A DNA stretch of 63,336 bases, counting the filler, from Chiloscyllium plagiosum (taxonomy: Eukaryota), in assembly GCF_004010195.1 (NCBI RefSeq). It is 5 parts of one record of this genome, joined end to end, with 100 filler letters (N's around TTAATTAATTAA, not from the genome) between each part and the next. Parts side by side here need not be neighbours in the genome. Positions count along the whole stretch, not along the records: positions 60,027 to 63,336 come from NC_057714.1; 4 more parts are not named here. One strand, given 5' to 3'. Of this stretch, positions 63,001-63,336 are shown one piece after another. Numbering within the stretch: the stretch's first letter is position 1; each line of letters begins with the position of its first letter. The position numbers were made by a program, and so were the translations under genes. The notes under the pieces are model-generated. The model made no database searches. It saw only the letters and a list, made by a program, of their open reading frames with translations, and had not been told where the DNA came from.

Positions 63001-63336
63001 CACTGTGCCCCTGTCCCCAACCCAAACACTGTGCTCCTGTCCCCAACCCGAAAACTGTGCGCCTGTCCTCCAACCCGAACACAGAGCTCCTGCCCCCAAC
63101 GCGAACACTGTGCCTCTGAACCCTACCGAATACTGTGCTCCTGTCCCCCAACCCGGACACTGTGCTCCTGGACGCAACCAGAACACTGTGCCCCTGTCCC
63201 CAACCCAAACACTGTGCTCCTGTCCCCAACCCGAACACTGTGCCACTTTCCCCAACTCAAACACTGTGCTCCTCTCCCCCAAGCCGAACACTGTGCTCCT
63301 GTCCCTAAACCGAACACTGTGCTCCTGTCCCCAACC
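60027..63336. repeat. 26/27-bp C-rich tandem satellite (consensus about AACACTGTGCTCCTGTCCCC(C)AACCCG) with higher-order repeats
   Basis: Continuous array to the window end, with an N gap at 61757-62129. All long ORFs here are 9-aa periodic (PNPNTVLLS, PTRTLCSCP, PQPEHCAPV). Confidence 0.95.

Noticed and set aside
60063..63317. Long Cys/Pro-rich ORFs (up to 487 aa) and CRISPR-like regular spacing
   Set aside because: By-products of a stop-poor tandem satellite and N gaps; no unique spacers or cas genes.

Overview
Eukaryotic, repeat-rich, mostly intronic/intergenic DNA from a cartilaginous fish (shark; inferred from HE1-type V-SINEs and their partner CR1-type LINEs). The window is not one contiguous locus. 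It is five pieces joined by artificial 100-bp linkers (44 N + TTAATTAATTAA + 44 N) at 15604, 38738, 49028 and 59927, plus ordinary N gaps. I can support only two host coding exons, both on the minus strand and on different pieces: a 213-bp STK17A (DRAK1) kinase exon (36445-36657) and a 78-bp HACL1 exon (55003-55080) that the ORF track misses. There is also a decayed tRNA-Val(CAC) copy (8100-8172). The rest is CR1/L2 LINE fragments, HE1 SINEs, Rex1, Tx1 and L1 fragments, and a 26/27-bp satellite with higher-order structure (60027-end). The most striking pattern is a dense set of Penelope-like element (PLE) derivatives from about four sequence families. Most carry an intact or decayed minimal hammerhead-ribozyme core (CTGANGA-N-stem II-GAAA-palindrome). 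Many are 120-360 bp fold-back or solo insertions with 10-17 bp target-site duplications, and their 5' ends or inversion points often fall at the hammerhead stem II. Family names and homologies come from recalled motifs, not database searches. Most repeat boundaries are approximate.
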